64,000 nt of DNA, taken from contig NC_073380.1 in NCBI RefSeq assembly GCF_028641065.1, positions 67,952,001 through 68,016,000 on the forward strand, written 5' to 3'. The stretch's first letter is position 1; every line of letters starts with the position of its first letter. The notes beneath the pieces were generated by a model that was not told the origin of the DNA, made no database searches, and worked only from the letters and a program-made list of their open reading frames with translations. The DNA is from Leucoraja erinacea. Taxonomy: Eukaryota. The position numbers and the translations under genes were made by a program. This document shows, in pieces, positions 25,862 to 38,360 of this stretch.

Positions 25862-26321
25862 TAGACAGGAGACCCTGGATGGTAGTTTGCCTCCCTGGTG
25901 CCAGGATCAGGGATGTGTCTGAAAGCTGAACGTGTCCAAGAAATCCTGAAATGGGAGGGAGAGGAGCCTTAGGTTGTGGTACATATAGGTACCAACGACA
26001 TAGGTTAAAAAAAGAGAAGAGGTCCTGAAAGAAGAATTTAGGGAGTTAGGTAGAGAGTTAAGGAGAAGGACTGCAAAGGTAACAATCTCAGGATTACTGC
26101 CTGTGCCACGCGACAGTGAGAGTAGGAATGGAGCGAGGTGGAGGATAAATGAGTGGATGAGGGACTGGTGTAGTGGGTATGGATTCAAGTTTCTGGATCA
26201 TTGGGACCTCTTTTGGGGAAGGTGCGACCTGTACAGAAAGGACGGGTTGCACTTGAACTCGAGGGGGACCAATATCCTGGCGGGGAGATTTGCAAAGGCT
26301 ACTGTTGAGACTTTAAACTAG
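25862..26321 (+). pseudogene. CR1 ORF1 SGNH-esterase domain (disrupted)
   Basis: CLPGARIRDV, VVHIGTNDIG and DGLHLNSRG motifs; stops and frameshifts present. Confidence 0.85.
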
Positions 26322-26459
26322 TATGGTTGGGGGGAGGGACTCAAATTGGGAAAGCTAGCAGTCAGTGTGTGAGGCAGGAGGCAGAGAATGGTAGCACTCG
26401 GACCCAAAATGTAGGGGAGAGAGAAGAAAAAGACAATAAACGGAGAATAAGAGAGGGTG

Positions 26460-29270
26460 GGTTTCTTAAATGTGTATATTTTAATGCTAGGAGCATTGTA
26501 AGAAAGGTGGATGAACTTAGAGCCTTGATTGACACCTGGAAGTATTATGTTGTGGCGATCAGTGAAACATGGTTGCAGGAGGGCTGTGATTGGAAACTAA
26601 ATATTCCAGGATTTCGTTGCTTCAGGTGTGATAGAATTGGAGGGGCAAGAGGTGGAGGTTGCATTGCTTATCAGGGAAGATATTAAAGCAGTGTTTTGGC
26701 AGGATAGATTAGAGGGCTCGTCTAGGGAGGCTATTTGGGTGAAACTGAGAAATGGGAAAGGGGTAGCAACACTTATAGGAGTGTATTATAGACCGCCAAA
26801 TGGGGAGCGAAAATTGGAAGAGCAAATATGTAAGGAGATTGCAGATATTAGTAGTAAGCAAGGTAGTGATTGTGGGAGATTTCAATTTTCCACACATAGA
26901 CTGGAAAATACATTCTGTAAATGGGCTGGATGGGTTGGAGTTTGTAAAATGTGTGCAGGATAGTTTTTTGCAGCAATACATAGAAGTACCTACTAGAGAA
27001 GGGGCGGTGCTGGACCTCCTGTTACGAAATGAGACGGGTCAGGTGACAGAGGTATGCGTTGGGGAACAGTTCGGGACCAGTGACCACAATACCATTAGTT
27101 TCAATATAATTATGGAGAGGGTCAGAACTGGACCTAGGGTTGAGATTTTTGATTGGAGAAAGGCTAACTTTGAGGAGATGCGAAAGGATTTAAAAGGAGT
27201 AAATTGGGACAGTTTGTTTTATGGGAAAGATGTTAAAGAGAAATGGAGTACATTTAAAGGTGAAAATTTTAAGAGTACAGAATCTTTATGTCCCTGTCGG
27301 TTGAAAGGAAATAGTAAAAAATTGGAAAGAGCCATGGTTTTTCAAGGGAAATTGGATACTTGTTTCGGAAAAAGAGAGAGATCTACAATAATTATAGGCA
27401 GCATGGAGTAAATGAGGTGCCTGAGGAGTATAAAGAATGTAAAAAGAATCTTAAGAAAGAAATTAGAAAAGCTAAAAGAAGATATGAGGTTGCTTTGGCA
27501 AGTAAGGTGAAAGTAAATCCAAAGAGTTTCTACAGCTATATTAATAGCTAAAGGATAACGAGGGATAAAATTGGTCCATTAGAGAGTCAGAGTGGACAGC
27601 TATCTGCAGAGCCAAAAGAGATGGGGGAGATATTGAACAATTTCTTTTGTTCGGTATTCACCAAGGAGAAGGATATTGAATTATGTGAGGTAGGGGAAAC
27701 AAGTAGAGTAGCTATTGGAAACTATGAGATTCAAAGAAGAGGAAGTACTGACACTTTTGAGAAATATAAAAGTGGATAAGTCTCCAGGTCCAGACAGGAT
27801 ATTCCCTAGGACATTGAGGGAAGTTAGTGTAGAAATAGCAGGGGCTATGACAGAAATATTTCAAATGTCATTAGAAACGGGAATAGTACTGGAGGATTGG
27901 CGTACTGCGCATGTTGTTCCATTGTTTAAAAAGGGGTCTAAGAATAAATCTAGCAATTATAGATCTGTTAGTTTGACGTCAGTGGTGGGCAAATTAATGG
28001 AAAGGATACTTAGAGATAATATATATAAGCATCTGGATAAACAGGGTCTGATTAGGAACACTCAACATGGAGTTGTGCCTGGAAGGTCATGTTTGACTAA
28101 TCTGCTTGAATTTTTTGAAGAGGTTACTCGGGAAATTGATGAGGGTAAAGCAGTGGATGTTGTATATATGGACTTCAGTAAGGCCTTTGACAAGGTTCCT
28201 CATGGAAGGTTGGTTAAGAAGGTTCAATGGTTGGGGATTAATGGAGGAGTAGCAAGATGGATTCAACAGTGGCTGAATGGGAGATGCCAGAGAATAATGA
28301 TGGATGGTTGTTTGTCAGGTTGGAGGCCAGTGACTACTGGGGTGCCACAGGGATCTGTGTTGGGTCCACTGTTGTTTGTCATGTACATCAATGATCTGGA
28401 TGATGGTGTGGTAAATTGGATTAGTAAGTATGCAGATAATACTAAGATAGGTGGGGTTGTGGATAATGAAGTAGATTTTTAGTCTACAGAGAGATTTATG
28501 CAAGTTGGAAGAGTGGGCTGAAAGATGGCAGGTGGAGTTTAATGCTGATAAGTGTGAGGTGCTACATCTTGGCAGGACAAATCAAAATAGGACGTACATG
28601 GTAAATGGTAGGGAATTGAAAAATGCAGGTAAACAGAGGGATCTGGGAATAACTGTGCACAGTTCCCTGAAAGTAGAATCGCATGTAGATAGGGTGGTAA
28701 AGAAAGCTTTTGGTGTGCTGGCCTTTATAAATCAGAGCATTGAGTATAGAAGTTGGGGATGTAATGTTAAAATTGTACAAGGCATTGGTGAGGCCAATTC
28801 TGGAGTATGGTGTACAATTTTGGTCGCCTAATTATAGGAAGGATGTCAACAAAATAGAGAGAGTACAGAGGAGATTTACTAGAATGTTGCCTGGGTTTCA
28901 GCAACTAAGTTACAGAGAAAGGTTGAACAAGTTAGGGCTTTTATTCTTTGGAGCGCAGAAGGGTAAGGGGGGAATTGAATAGAGGTTTTTTAAATTATGG
29001 GAGGGATAGACAGAGTTGACGTGGATAAGCTTTTTCCCACTGAGTAGGGAAGATTCAAACAAGGGGACATGACTTGAGAATTAAGGGACTGAAGTTTAGG
29101 GGTAACATGAGGGGGGAACCTCTTTACTCAGAGAGTGGTGGCTGTGTGGAATGAGCTTCCAGTGAAGGTGGTGGAGGCAGGTTCGTTTTTATCATTTAAA
29201 AAATAAATTGGATAGTTATATGGACGGGAAAGGATTGGAGGGTTATGGTCTGAGCACAGGTATATGGGAC
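26460..29270 (+). pseudogene. CR1 ORF2 (APE endonuclease plus reverse transcriptase), frameshifted
   Basis: NARSI, ISETW, YRPP, GDFN, SDH; KSPGPD, NYRSVSLTS, DFSKAFD, GVPQGSVLGPLLF, YADN in place of catalytic YADD. Confidence 0.95.
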
Positions 29271-29474
29271 TAGGGGAGAATGCGTGTTCGGCACGGACTA
29301 GAAGGGTCGAGATGGCCTGTTTCCGTGCTGTAATTGTTATATGGTTATTGTCTTCTGTAATTCGCAAATATGGAAAGACCATAGCAAGAGAGGAAACTTG
29401 AGTCCATGATAGGTGATTTCATCAATGTCGCCTTCAAAGAAGGGAATAATTGGATGGAGATCTCTTCTCTCATA

Positions 29475-29610
29475 TGTGTGGGAAGGAACTGCAGATGCTG
29501 GTTTAAACTGAAGATAGGCACAACAAGCTGGAGTAACTCAGCAGGCCAGACAGCATCTCTGGAGAAAAAGAATAGGTGATGTTTCGGGTCGAGAGCCTTC
29601 TTCAGACTCA
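29475..29610 (-). mobile_element. Penelope terminal repeat with hammerhead-like core
   Basis: Reverse complement reads agtCTGAAGAaggctctcgacccGAAAcatc. Confidence 0.8.
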
Positions 29611-29818
29611 TATGGTCCCTTAAAGGCAATCTGCAACAAGATTTGTAAATGGCAGAGAAGAGGAAAGAAACAAAAGTTAGCAAAACCATGAAAGTAACAT
29701 TCATAAAGCAGCTATTAAGATGGGGCTCAGGAAAATATGCATGTCAATATTCCAAAGTAATTAAATATTATAAGATTGAAGTTAAAGATACATGATTGGA
29801 AACTTGTGATTTGTAATA

Positions 29819-30787
29819 CAGGTGCACAACCTTTTATCCGAAAGCCTTGGGACCAGACACTTTTTCGGATTTCCGAATGGAAGATTTTTAGCGTAGATTA
29901 GGTAGGTAGCGAGGGCGGCTTGAAAAGTCTGGAGCGGCTGCCTCCTCCCGGGAGACCGGGGAATCATTGTAAATCATTGCATAAATGTTAGTCAGTTAGG
30001 TTGGAGGGATTTTATGTGGTGGTGGGGGGGGGGGGGGTAAAGAGGGAAACTTTGATTCTTAGTCCCCTACCTGGTCGCCGACTCCCAACATTCGCGGAGC
30101 TGGGACTGCGGGCGTCCGACCGCGGGCGGAGCCGGTTGGAGCTCCGACCTCGGCAACGCTACCCCTGGCTGCGAGGCGCTCCAAATCCAGCGCCGCCCGC
30201 GGCCGGACGCCCGCAGTCCCAGCTCTGCGAATGTTGGGAGTCGGCGGCCACAGCGCTCCGGAGCTTACCGCACGGCGACCCGGTAAGGCATTGCCCGCTC
30301 CCCGCTGGTATCCCAGCGCTGCGACGCCGCCAACTCCCAACATTCGCGGAGCTGGGGCTGCGGGCGTCCGGCCGCGGGCGGCGGTGGATTTGGAGCGCTT
30401 CGCAGCCAGGGGTAGAGTTGCCGGGGTCGGAGCTACAACCACAGCGCTGCGGAGCTTAATGCACGGCGACCCGGTAAGGCATTGACCGCTCCCCGCCTCT
30501 CCGACCAGGTAGGGGACTAAGAATTAAAGTTTACCCCTTCACCCCCCCTTCACATAAAAGCCCTCCAAACTAACTGACTAACATTTAAGCAATGATTTAC
30601 AGATGTTTAAGTGTCTCCCTGGTCTCCGGGGAGGAGGCAGCCGCTACAGTAGTACAGACCTGGGTTGACCGTGGGTCGTTTCGGGTCAAGTTTGGTGCCA
30701 AACGCGAGCTTTGGCGTGCAGACGACATCCTGGAAAAAATGGCCGGTTTTCGGTTTCCGGAACACCGGATAAAAGGTTGTGCAACTG
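29819..30787. mobile_element. Tc1/mariner-pogo superfamily MITE with nested internal palindromes
   Basis: TA|CAGGTGCACAACCTTTTATCCG ... CGGATAAAAGGTTGTGCAACTG|TA: 22-bp TIR with one mismatch, TA TSD. Confidence 0.92.
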
Positions 30788-31412
30788 TATAAGGTTTAGC
30801 AAGCATTGGTCATCTAAACACCAAAATGTATCACCCTTTGTACACCGCTATCAAATATATTCTCCATATATTCGGTATCGTTGTTGAAGAACCACTACAC
30901 AAATGGAACAGTACAGAATATATTTCTGCTTCTGAATGGGATATGCATTCCTAATGGTAGATCCACTCGAGGTTAGCCATTTACTGACATCATTGTAAAT
31001 ATTTTGAACATCTTAAATTTGGGTCCTTGAAATCTGCAACAAAGTAATTTAAATATTAGCCCAATAAATTACATTATAAATAAACAAAATATTGGGTAAA
31101 CATTGCACAAAAACTAACAGTAATGCAAGAGTAATCTAAATGATTGGTTATACAAATAGATGCAATCAAAGTTACAAATTCCCAATTTTCTTTTCAATTT
31201 TTTAATTAAACCATTAAAAAAAAATTTTGTTTACTCCTAGATAATCTGAAACTACCGGTATATATATTTTTATTCAGAAAATAAATATCCTCACAAATCC
31301 TGTGAGAAAATAGAGAATTTATATAGCATAATTATCTATAGAAATGTATTGACATTTTCTGCAGTCACTACCCTGTACAAGTCAACTAATTCTGGATTAT
31401 TTGGTGTATTTA

Positions 31413-32936
31413 CAGTGCCCTCCATAATATTTGGGACAAAGACACATCATTTATTTATTTGCCTCTGTACTCCACAATTTGAGATTTGCAATAGGAAAAA
31501 ATCACATGTGGTTAAATGTCAGATTGCACATTGTCAGATTTTAATAAAGGCCATTTTTATACATTTTGGTTTCACCATGTAGAAATTACAGCAGTGTTTA
31601 TGCATAGTCCCTCCCCATTTCAGGCACCATAATGTTTGGGACACAGCAATGTCATGTAAATGAAAGTAGTAATGTTTAGTATATCCTTTTCATGCAATGG
31701 CAACTTGAAGTCTGTGATTCATGGACATCACCAGTTGCTGGGCGTCTTTTCTGGTGATGTTCTGCCAGGCCTGTATTGACCATTTTTTAGTTTTGAAAAA
31801 CTCCTTTGTTGCTTTAGCAGTATATTTGGGATCATTGCCTTGCTGTAGAATGAACCGCCGGCCAATGAGTTTCCAGGCATTTGTTTGAACTTGAGCAAAT
31901 AGGATGTGTTCTTCAGAATTCATTATGCTACTACCATCAGCAGTTGTCTCATCAATGAAGGTAATTGAGTTAGTACCTACGGCAGCCATACATGCCCAGG
32001 CCATAACACCCCCACCACCGTGTTTTATAGATAAGGTGGTATGCTTTGGATCTTGGGCAGTTCCTTCTCTCCTCCATACTTTGCTCTTGCCATCACTCTG
32101 ATATAAGTAAATCTTTATCTCATCTGTCCACAAGACCTTTTTTCCAGAACTGTGGTTGCTCTTTTAAATACTTCTTGGCAAACTGTAACCTGGCCATCCT
32201 ATTTTTGCAGCTAAGCAGTGGTTTGCATCTTGCAGTGTAGCCTCTGTATTTCTCTTCATGAAGTCTTCTGCGGACTGTGGTCATTGACAAATCCACACCT
32301 GACTCCTGAAGAATGTTTCTGATCTGTCAAACAGTTGTTTGGGGATTTTTCTTTATTATAAAGAGAATCTTCTGTCATCAGCTATGGAGGTCTTCCTTGG
32401 CCTACCTGTCCCTTTGCGATTAGTAAGCTCACCAGTGCTCTCTTTCTTCTTAATGATGTTCCAAACAGTTGATTTTGGGAAGCCTAAAGTTTAGCTAATG
32501 TCTCTAACAGTTTTATTCTTGTTTCTCAGTCTCATAATGGCTTATTTGACTTTCATTGGCACAACTTTGGTCCTCATGTAGATAAACAGCAATAAAAGTT
32601 TCCAAAGGTTATGGAAAGACTGGAGGAAAGACTAGGTGCTGCGAGCTCTCTTATACCTGCATTAAGGAGGCAATTAAACACATCTGAGCAATTACAAATG
32701 CCTGTGAAGCCATGTGTCCCAAACATTATGGTGCCCTGAAATGGGGGGGACTATGTTTAAACACAGCTTTAATTTCTACATGGTGAAACCAAAATGTATA
32801 AAAATACCCTTTAATAAAATCTGACAATGTGAACTTTACCCACATGTGATTTTTTTCTATTACAAATCTCAAATTGTGTAGTACAGATGCAAATAAATAA
32901 ATTATGGGTCTGTCCCAAACATTATGGAAGATACTG
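31413..32936 (-). mobile_element. Tc1-like transposon, IR/DR type, defective
   Basis: TA|CAGTG start. ~230-bp TIRs (31413-31645 and 32713-32936), each with two ccataatrtttgggaca direct repeats. Confidence 0.95.
31690..32577 (-). pseudogene. Tc1 DD34E transposase pseudogene
   Basis: MRTKVVPMKVK*..; WTDE, KHGGGGVMAWAC, QQGNDPKY. The SPDLNPIE segment is missing; in-frame stops present. Confidence 0.92.
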
Positions 32937-33892
32937 TGATCACTGTAAAAGCAGAATATATATTAAATCGACATTTTGCCTATATTCCAGGAAAACAATG
33001 CAAATAATTTGGAGTTAAGAACATAACAGGAAGAATAACTCGGGGCCATTTTTTTTGTAATTGGCTAAGCAGTCCTTTATTAGTTTGATTTAGGTTTGAT
33101 TTTCATGACCTTGGTAAAGCTTCCTTCCCTCCTGTTATCAGTGCAGTCATTATTCTCATTGGCTGCACAGTACTCCATGTGGAATAGCACATGAGCACAG
33201 TTAATCCACTGGAGACTTTCCTACAATCTACAAAAAATTGTGCTACTGCTCTCTGTGCTTGTGTGTTGGCAATGGAAATGCACTGACATTTTTATTGTCA
33301 GTCCTGGGCTGAAGTGGTCACCAGTGGCCTTGGATTGGAAAAAGAAAGTGGGGTTAAATAAGTAAATAAGCAACCTAAATAATGACCTGAAAGAGAAGCT
33401 AAACAGAGCCATTTCAGTGTCTGAGGTCTCAGGCTGGCTGGCAGTCTCTTGAAAGTGAATTCCCTTCCTTTGGGAATGGCAAGATAAAAGGATGACCAAA
33501 ATAAATATTTGCCTAGATATTTATCCCTAGGTGATGGCTATAGTCTTTATGTTGTACTCTGCTCCTGAAATTGAACTGCATTCAAGGGAACCAATTTTCT
33601 CGCGAGGAGGACAATGAGCAGCTGTTACCATAAATTAGGAATGAATTTCAGACATTGTGAAAACATTTATAGCATGACATTCCCAAACATTTTTTAGACA
33701 ATGCATTTCACTGGGAAAAAAATCTCCTTTATTCCTCTGATGGTGTGAACCGGCGCTGAGACAAGGTCGTGGTTACCTGTTGGCTTGTGCGGTTCTTTTG
33801 TGATTGTAACAAGGCAGCATAGTTACATGCAATTATGTCTACATTTAACATTCCAAAGTGTGTACAAACATATTCACACACATCAAGTTTTT

Positions 33893-34200
33893 GTCGGCAC
33901 ATTGGCATGGAGGTAGAGTTGCTGCCTTATAGCATCAGAGACTCGGGTTCGATCCCGACTACAGATGCTGTCAGTGCAGACTTTGTACATTCTCCTTTTC
34001 CCCGTATGGGTTTTTTCTGGGTGCTCCCGCTTCCTCCCACAAGCCAAACACGTGCAGGTTTGTAGGATAATTGGCTTCTGTAAATTGCCTCCAGTGTTGG
34101 ATGCGAAAGTAGATAACATACTAGTGTAAGGGTGATTGTTGGTCGACATAGACTTGATGGGCCGAAGGGCCCGTTTCCATGCTGTATCTCTAAACTCTAA
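33893..34200 (+). mobile_element. V-SINE (HE1-like)
   Basis: B box GGTTCGATCCC, V-domain, gctgtatctctaaac tail. Confidence 0.85.
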
Positions 34201-35346
34201 ATCACTGGGTCATAATAAGGGGGTGAAGACTTGGCTAATTTTACCCTGCCCTCTCTGTGAATGCTGAGGTGAATTCTGACCATCAACTAAATCCAAAGCA
34301 ACAACAAAATAACCTGGAACCCTTTGGTCCAAATGACTCAGTACATGTTGCTCTTCATTTGCAGTCTCTGGAGAACATGTGTTTATTTTACGATGTTTAA
34401 TTGTGATGGAGTTTTGTGTTAGCTTGTGAATAATAAGATTACAAGCAGGTTAACCGCTAATGGACGGTGATAGTGCATTATATTTGCTTTAACAAATTAT
34501 GATTAGTACTGACAATTGAGAGAAATAAAACAAATTAGTGAGTTATTTTAGTTTCAGGTAGTTGTCAGCTGAACTTAAAATAATTGCAATCGTAACAGTA
34601 ACTCAGAGACACAAAATTCAAGTTGATGTAAAATATTCTTTACCAGATGGGCAACGTGTCGTAAATTGATTGTACACTTCTCCAAAAATAATTTCCTGTA
34701 CTTAAATTTCAGAACACTTTTTTTGAATGAAGTTGTTTTGTATATTTTAAGGCGGTGATGGATAAAAATGGGTCCAGAGGGGGAGAGAGCTGGGTCTCCT
34801 ATTCATGCCTGCGTTGTGAATCATACGAAAAGATAATGATGAGAATGCCAATTTCTTCAAGGAAAAGTGTATTCTTGCTGTAATTTTGTTTCATTATTTA
34901 TTTGAAGTTTGTTGCAGTGGCATTTTGGGACTTTTGTTCCCGAGTCCTGCAAGGAATTTCTGCACTAATGTGTTTGTGCTGTTGCATCCTGTGTCTTGTA
35001 ATGTCTCTGGATGCCTCTTCTGCAGTTTTCATTTGCACATATGTGTGCCCTACTTAACCACAACAGAAAGTGGATCTTCCACAAAAATAATTTATAGTTG
35101 TCTACATTTTTTAAATTAATATTGACCTCGTAAAGTTGTTTCTAGACATCAGACGCATCTAAAACACAGAAATATTCTGTGATAGCACAAGCCATCAAGA
35201 TGGTGGGGGGGTCGCTGTCTGTGGAACCAAGGCTGTCAGACCATTGTGAACTACCTAGCCCCAATAGATCAGTACAGGCAGGGGACTTGTGCGGGAGATG
35301 GGTACTGATGATGGGTGTAACCAGACATAAAATGTCTGAATTTATA

Positions 35347-36697
35347 TCTTATATTACTAAAAGTCTGATCTTGGCCACTTCCTGTTGTTCAGTATATTGA
35401 TTTTAGAAAAAAACACTGCCACTTACGGCTATGATTTTTGGTCATCATACTCAGAGTCCCCTTCCGCTGCGCAGGACAAGAGTATGTTTCCCATCGATGA
35501 AAAATAAAAGAGTTATTAGTGTTTAAAAAATGTTGAGATTCTCTCTCTTGAAGACTTCGCCCCTTCCGGAGGGACTATATAACCAGGAAGTGTTGAGTGC
35601 CTCAGTCAGTCTCTGCAAGATGGGGGAGCGAGAGGGTCACATCTCTCAGTCTGAGCTGTGAATAACACTGAACACATGTCTACTAAACTGTGAGTGGTTT
35701 TACTGACCTGTTAGTGCCCTTAATGTGGTTTGAAAATATAGTTTGGAAATGCTAAAGCTCTGTTGCCTTTGGTTTGGAAATGCTAAAGCTGTGTTGCCTT
35801 TGGTTCGGAAATGCTAAAGCTGTGTTGCCTTTGGTTCGGAAATGCTAAATCTGTGTTGCCTTTGGTTTGGAAATGCTAAAGCTGTGTTGTCTTTGGTTTG
35901 GAAATGCTAAAGCTGTATTGCTTAATTAAAGTTGCCTTGCCGAATTAAAGTTGCCTTGCCAAATTAAAGTTGCCTTGCCTTCTATATAATAGTCTAAACT
36001 TGACCACTTCCTGTTTGCACTTTATATTGTTTTTAGAAGAAAACGCTACCACGTACGGCTGTGATTTTTGGCCATCTTAATCAGAGTCCCCCTTCGCTCA
36101 TCAGGTGCCAAGGATTTTTCCCATCGATCAAACATAAAAGAGTTATTAGTGTTTTTAAAAATGTTGAGGATCTCTCTCCTGTCAATCATGCCATGAAGGA
36201 CACGCCCCAGAACGCCCTTAAAACCCAGACGTGTGGGCGTGGGTCAGTCTCTGCAAGATGGAGGAGGGTGAAGTCACCACTCGCTGTCTTTAATGGCCCT
36301 GCTTGAAATGGTATGAAACTGTACTTGAATTTGGTGGCCTTGCACCCTGCTTGAAGTGTTAAGAAACTGCACTTGAATTTGCTGGCCTTGCACCCTGCTT
36401 AAAATGGAATTTCAAGTAAGAGCCGTGTCAACTGCCAGCCCACCAGCCTTGAATGAGTGAGCTGCCAGCACAACAGGCTTGAGTGACTGAGCCGCCAGCC
36501 CAAGAATCCATTCGGCCCACAAGGTCCATACTAGCCCTCTGGAAACCAGTCCCTTCAGCCCACACATCCATACGAGCGCTCCAGAAAGCCCCCCCCACTG
36601 GCCACCAATATTGGAATTGGTACAGAGGTGGAATATTACGTTGGAGGACTAACCATCCCTTGTGATGCTGGGACCCAATGGGCCTCACTTAGTCTAG
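35347..36697 (+). mobile_element. Non-autonomous Helitron (composite)
   Basis: A|TC start (TCTTATATTACTAAAA), subterminal imperfect hairpin gggacccaatgggcctc, CTAG|T end, no TSD, internal minisatellites. Confidence 0.85.
35741..35980. repeat. Minisatellites inside the Helitron: 31-bp unit x~6, then 19-bp unit x3
   Basis: Units ggtttggaaatgctaaagctgtgttgccttt and aattaaagttgccttgccn. Confidence 0.95.
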
Positions 36698-36717
36698 TAT
36701 CCACTATATTCAGTTAA

Positions 36718-36900
36718 AGGACTGTCCAACTTACGCGATTTCTTCGGTGAAATCCAGTGGTGACCAGAGAAAGGGCGACTACTCACCACCAAACAGGCAT
36801 CACATCGCGACATGTCGTGAGTAGTGACCCAAAGAGTCGTGCCTTTTTCTGGCCGCCGCAGGATTTACAATATGTTGAACATTTTCGGCAAAAAATGCTG
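36718..36900. mobile_element. Partial Harbinger-like MITE (one end only)
   Basis: TAA|AGGACTGTCCAACTT resembles the ctgtcccactt terminus at 39000. Confidence 0.45.
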
Positions 36901-37087
36901 GATGAATTTTATCGTGGGCATTTCAATATAGGGCACAACTATACATGTATTACGCTGTTCCTTAAAGCAAGAAATAGATCTGCAAGTCAAACACGTGTAC
37001 TCCAGAGCTAAAGCATTACAGTGGAAATTCATAAATTGAACATTTGTAAATTGAGGAATATCTCTAAGAGGTATATAATTCATATCT

Positions 37088-37347
37088 AAAGGGCAGTACA
37101 GTGATGCAACTGATAGAGCTGTTGCCCCACTGAGCCAGAGACCATCCTGACTTCAGGTGCAGTCTGTGTGGAGTTTGCATGTTCTCCCTGTAACCACATG
37201 GATTTCCTCCAAGTGTCTGGTTTTGTCTTACATCCCAAAGACATGCGGGTAATTGGCCACTGTGGATTGCCCCTAGTGTGTAGGGAGTGGATAAGAAAGT
37301 GGGATAACATAGAATTAGTGGAATGGGTCAGTGTGAACTCGGTGGGA
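37088..37347 (+). mobile_element. V-SINE (older copy, 3' end cut by CR1)
   Basis: gagtttgcatgttctccctgt..catcccaaagac..ccctagtgtgtagggagtgg. Confidence 0.8.
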
Positions 37348-37515
37348 CATAGACAAAAGGTGCAGGAGTAGGCCATTCGGCCCTTCGAGCCAGCACCGCC
37401 ATTCACTGTGATCATAGCTGATCATCCATAATCAGTACCCCGTTCCTGCCTTCTCCTCATATCCCTTTACTCCGCTATCTTTAAGAGCTCTATCTAACTC
37501 TCTCTTGAAAGCATC

Positions 37516-37688
37516 TTCCTGAGCTTACCGTGTTTCCCGAGTACCTGCCGTTAGCGTTACGAGCTGGTAAGAGACGTCCCCGAGCTCCGACGTTCCCGCT
37601 ACGTACATTCTACGTGCTTCCACGAGTTTGATTTTTCTTTTAAACTCGGGAGAGCTCTCGAATGAACTCGTACAGTGGGACAGGGCTT
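37516..37688. mobile_element. Harbinger-like MITE, right half only
   Basis: Ends AGTGGGACAGGGCTT|TTA, like the terminus at 39882. Confidence 0.65.
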
Positions 37689-37878
37689 TTATTCTTAAAC
37701 TGTGGCCCCTGGTTCTACACTCCTCCAACATCGGAAACATGTTTCCTGCCTCTAGTTTGTCCAATCCCCTAATAATCTTATATGTCTCAATAAAATCCCC
37801 TCTCATCCTTCTATATTCCAGTGTCTACAAGCCCAGTCGCTCCATTCTTTCAACATATGACAGTCCAGCCATCCCGGG

Positions 37879-38360
37879 TATAATGGCAGTCTTTATGACG
37901 TTCTCAAAGTCCATCTTGGATAGCCATTACTTCTTGGATGATGGTTAGGAAGTATATTTTACTCATTCACGACACACTTAAAATAGCAAAAACGAATCTT
38001 CCAAACGTTGTTTCTTGATTAATTGGACTTTTATTGTAGTACACCCCAAATAAATAATCCGTCACTTTCTGTTCTTAATCGCTATTCCATTCATGTCATA
38101 AATCATATGAAAGTTTCTTCTTATAAAAGTATGTCGTCTCATTAACATGGTGGTCATGTCGTGTGTGTGAATGGGTAAAAACCTATTCTCACCGTCCTTC
38201 CGAGACCCAACTGACTCCAAATCTATGTCTGCACTTGTCTCCTCTAGAAATAGACACACCCCTTCTACATATCAAATCCCACCTACAAAAATACAGACTA
38301 AAATATCAAAAATGTTAGGCATGGCTATAATATACTGACTTAAGCTTAATGGCTCCTACA
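37879..38360 (-). mobile_element. Solo LTR (482 bp)
   Basis: CCGGG TSD at 37874-37878 and 38361-38365 inside CR1. Minus strand starts TGTAGG and ends ATTATA (CA mutated). AATAAA on the minus strand near 38030-38035. Confidence 0.85.

Larger units (their letters stand above)
25862..29346 (+). mobile_element. CR1-clade LINE, near full length (ORF1 5'-truncated), inactivated
   Basis: ORF1 esterase, then APE endonuclease and RT motifs, then a (ATATGGTT)n tail. Probable ATTGT TSD at 25857-25861 and 29347-29351. Confidence 0.95.

Noticed and set aside
30001-30485. Ala/Arg/Pro-rich ORFs on both strands
   Set aside because: Artefacts of the palindromic GC-rich MITE core.
35741-35980. Regular repeat array that could be taken for CRISPR
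   Set aside because: Units are head-to-tail with no unique spacers, there are no cas genes, and it sits inside a Helitron in vertebrate DNA.
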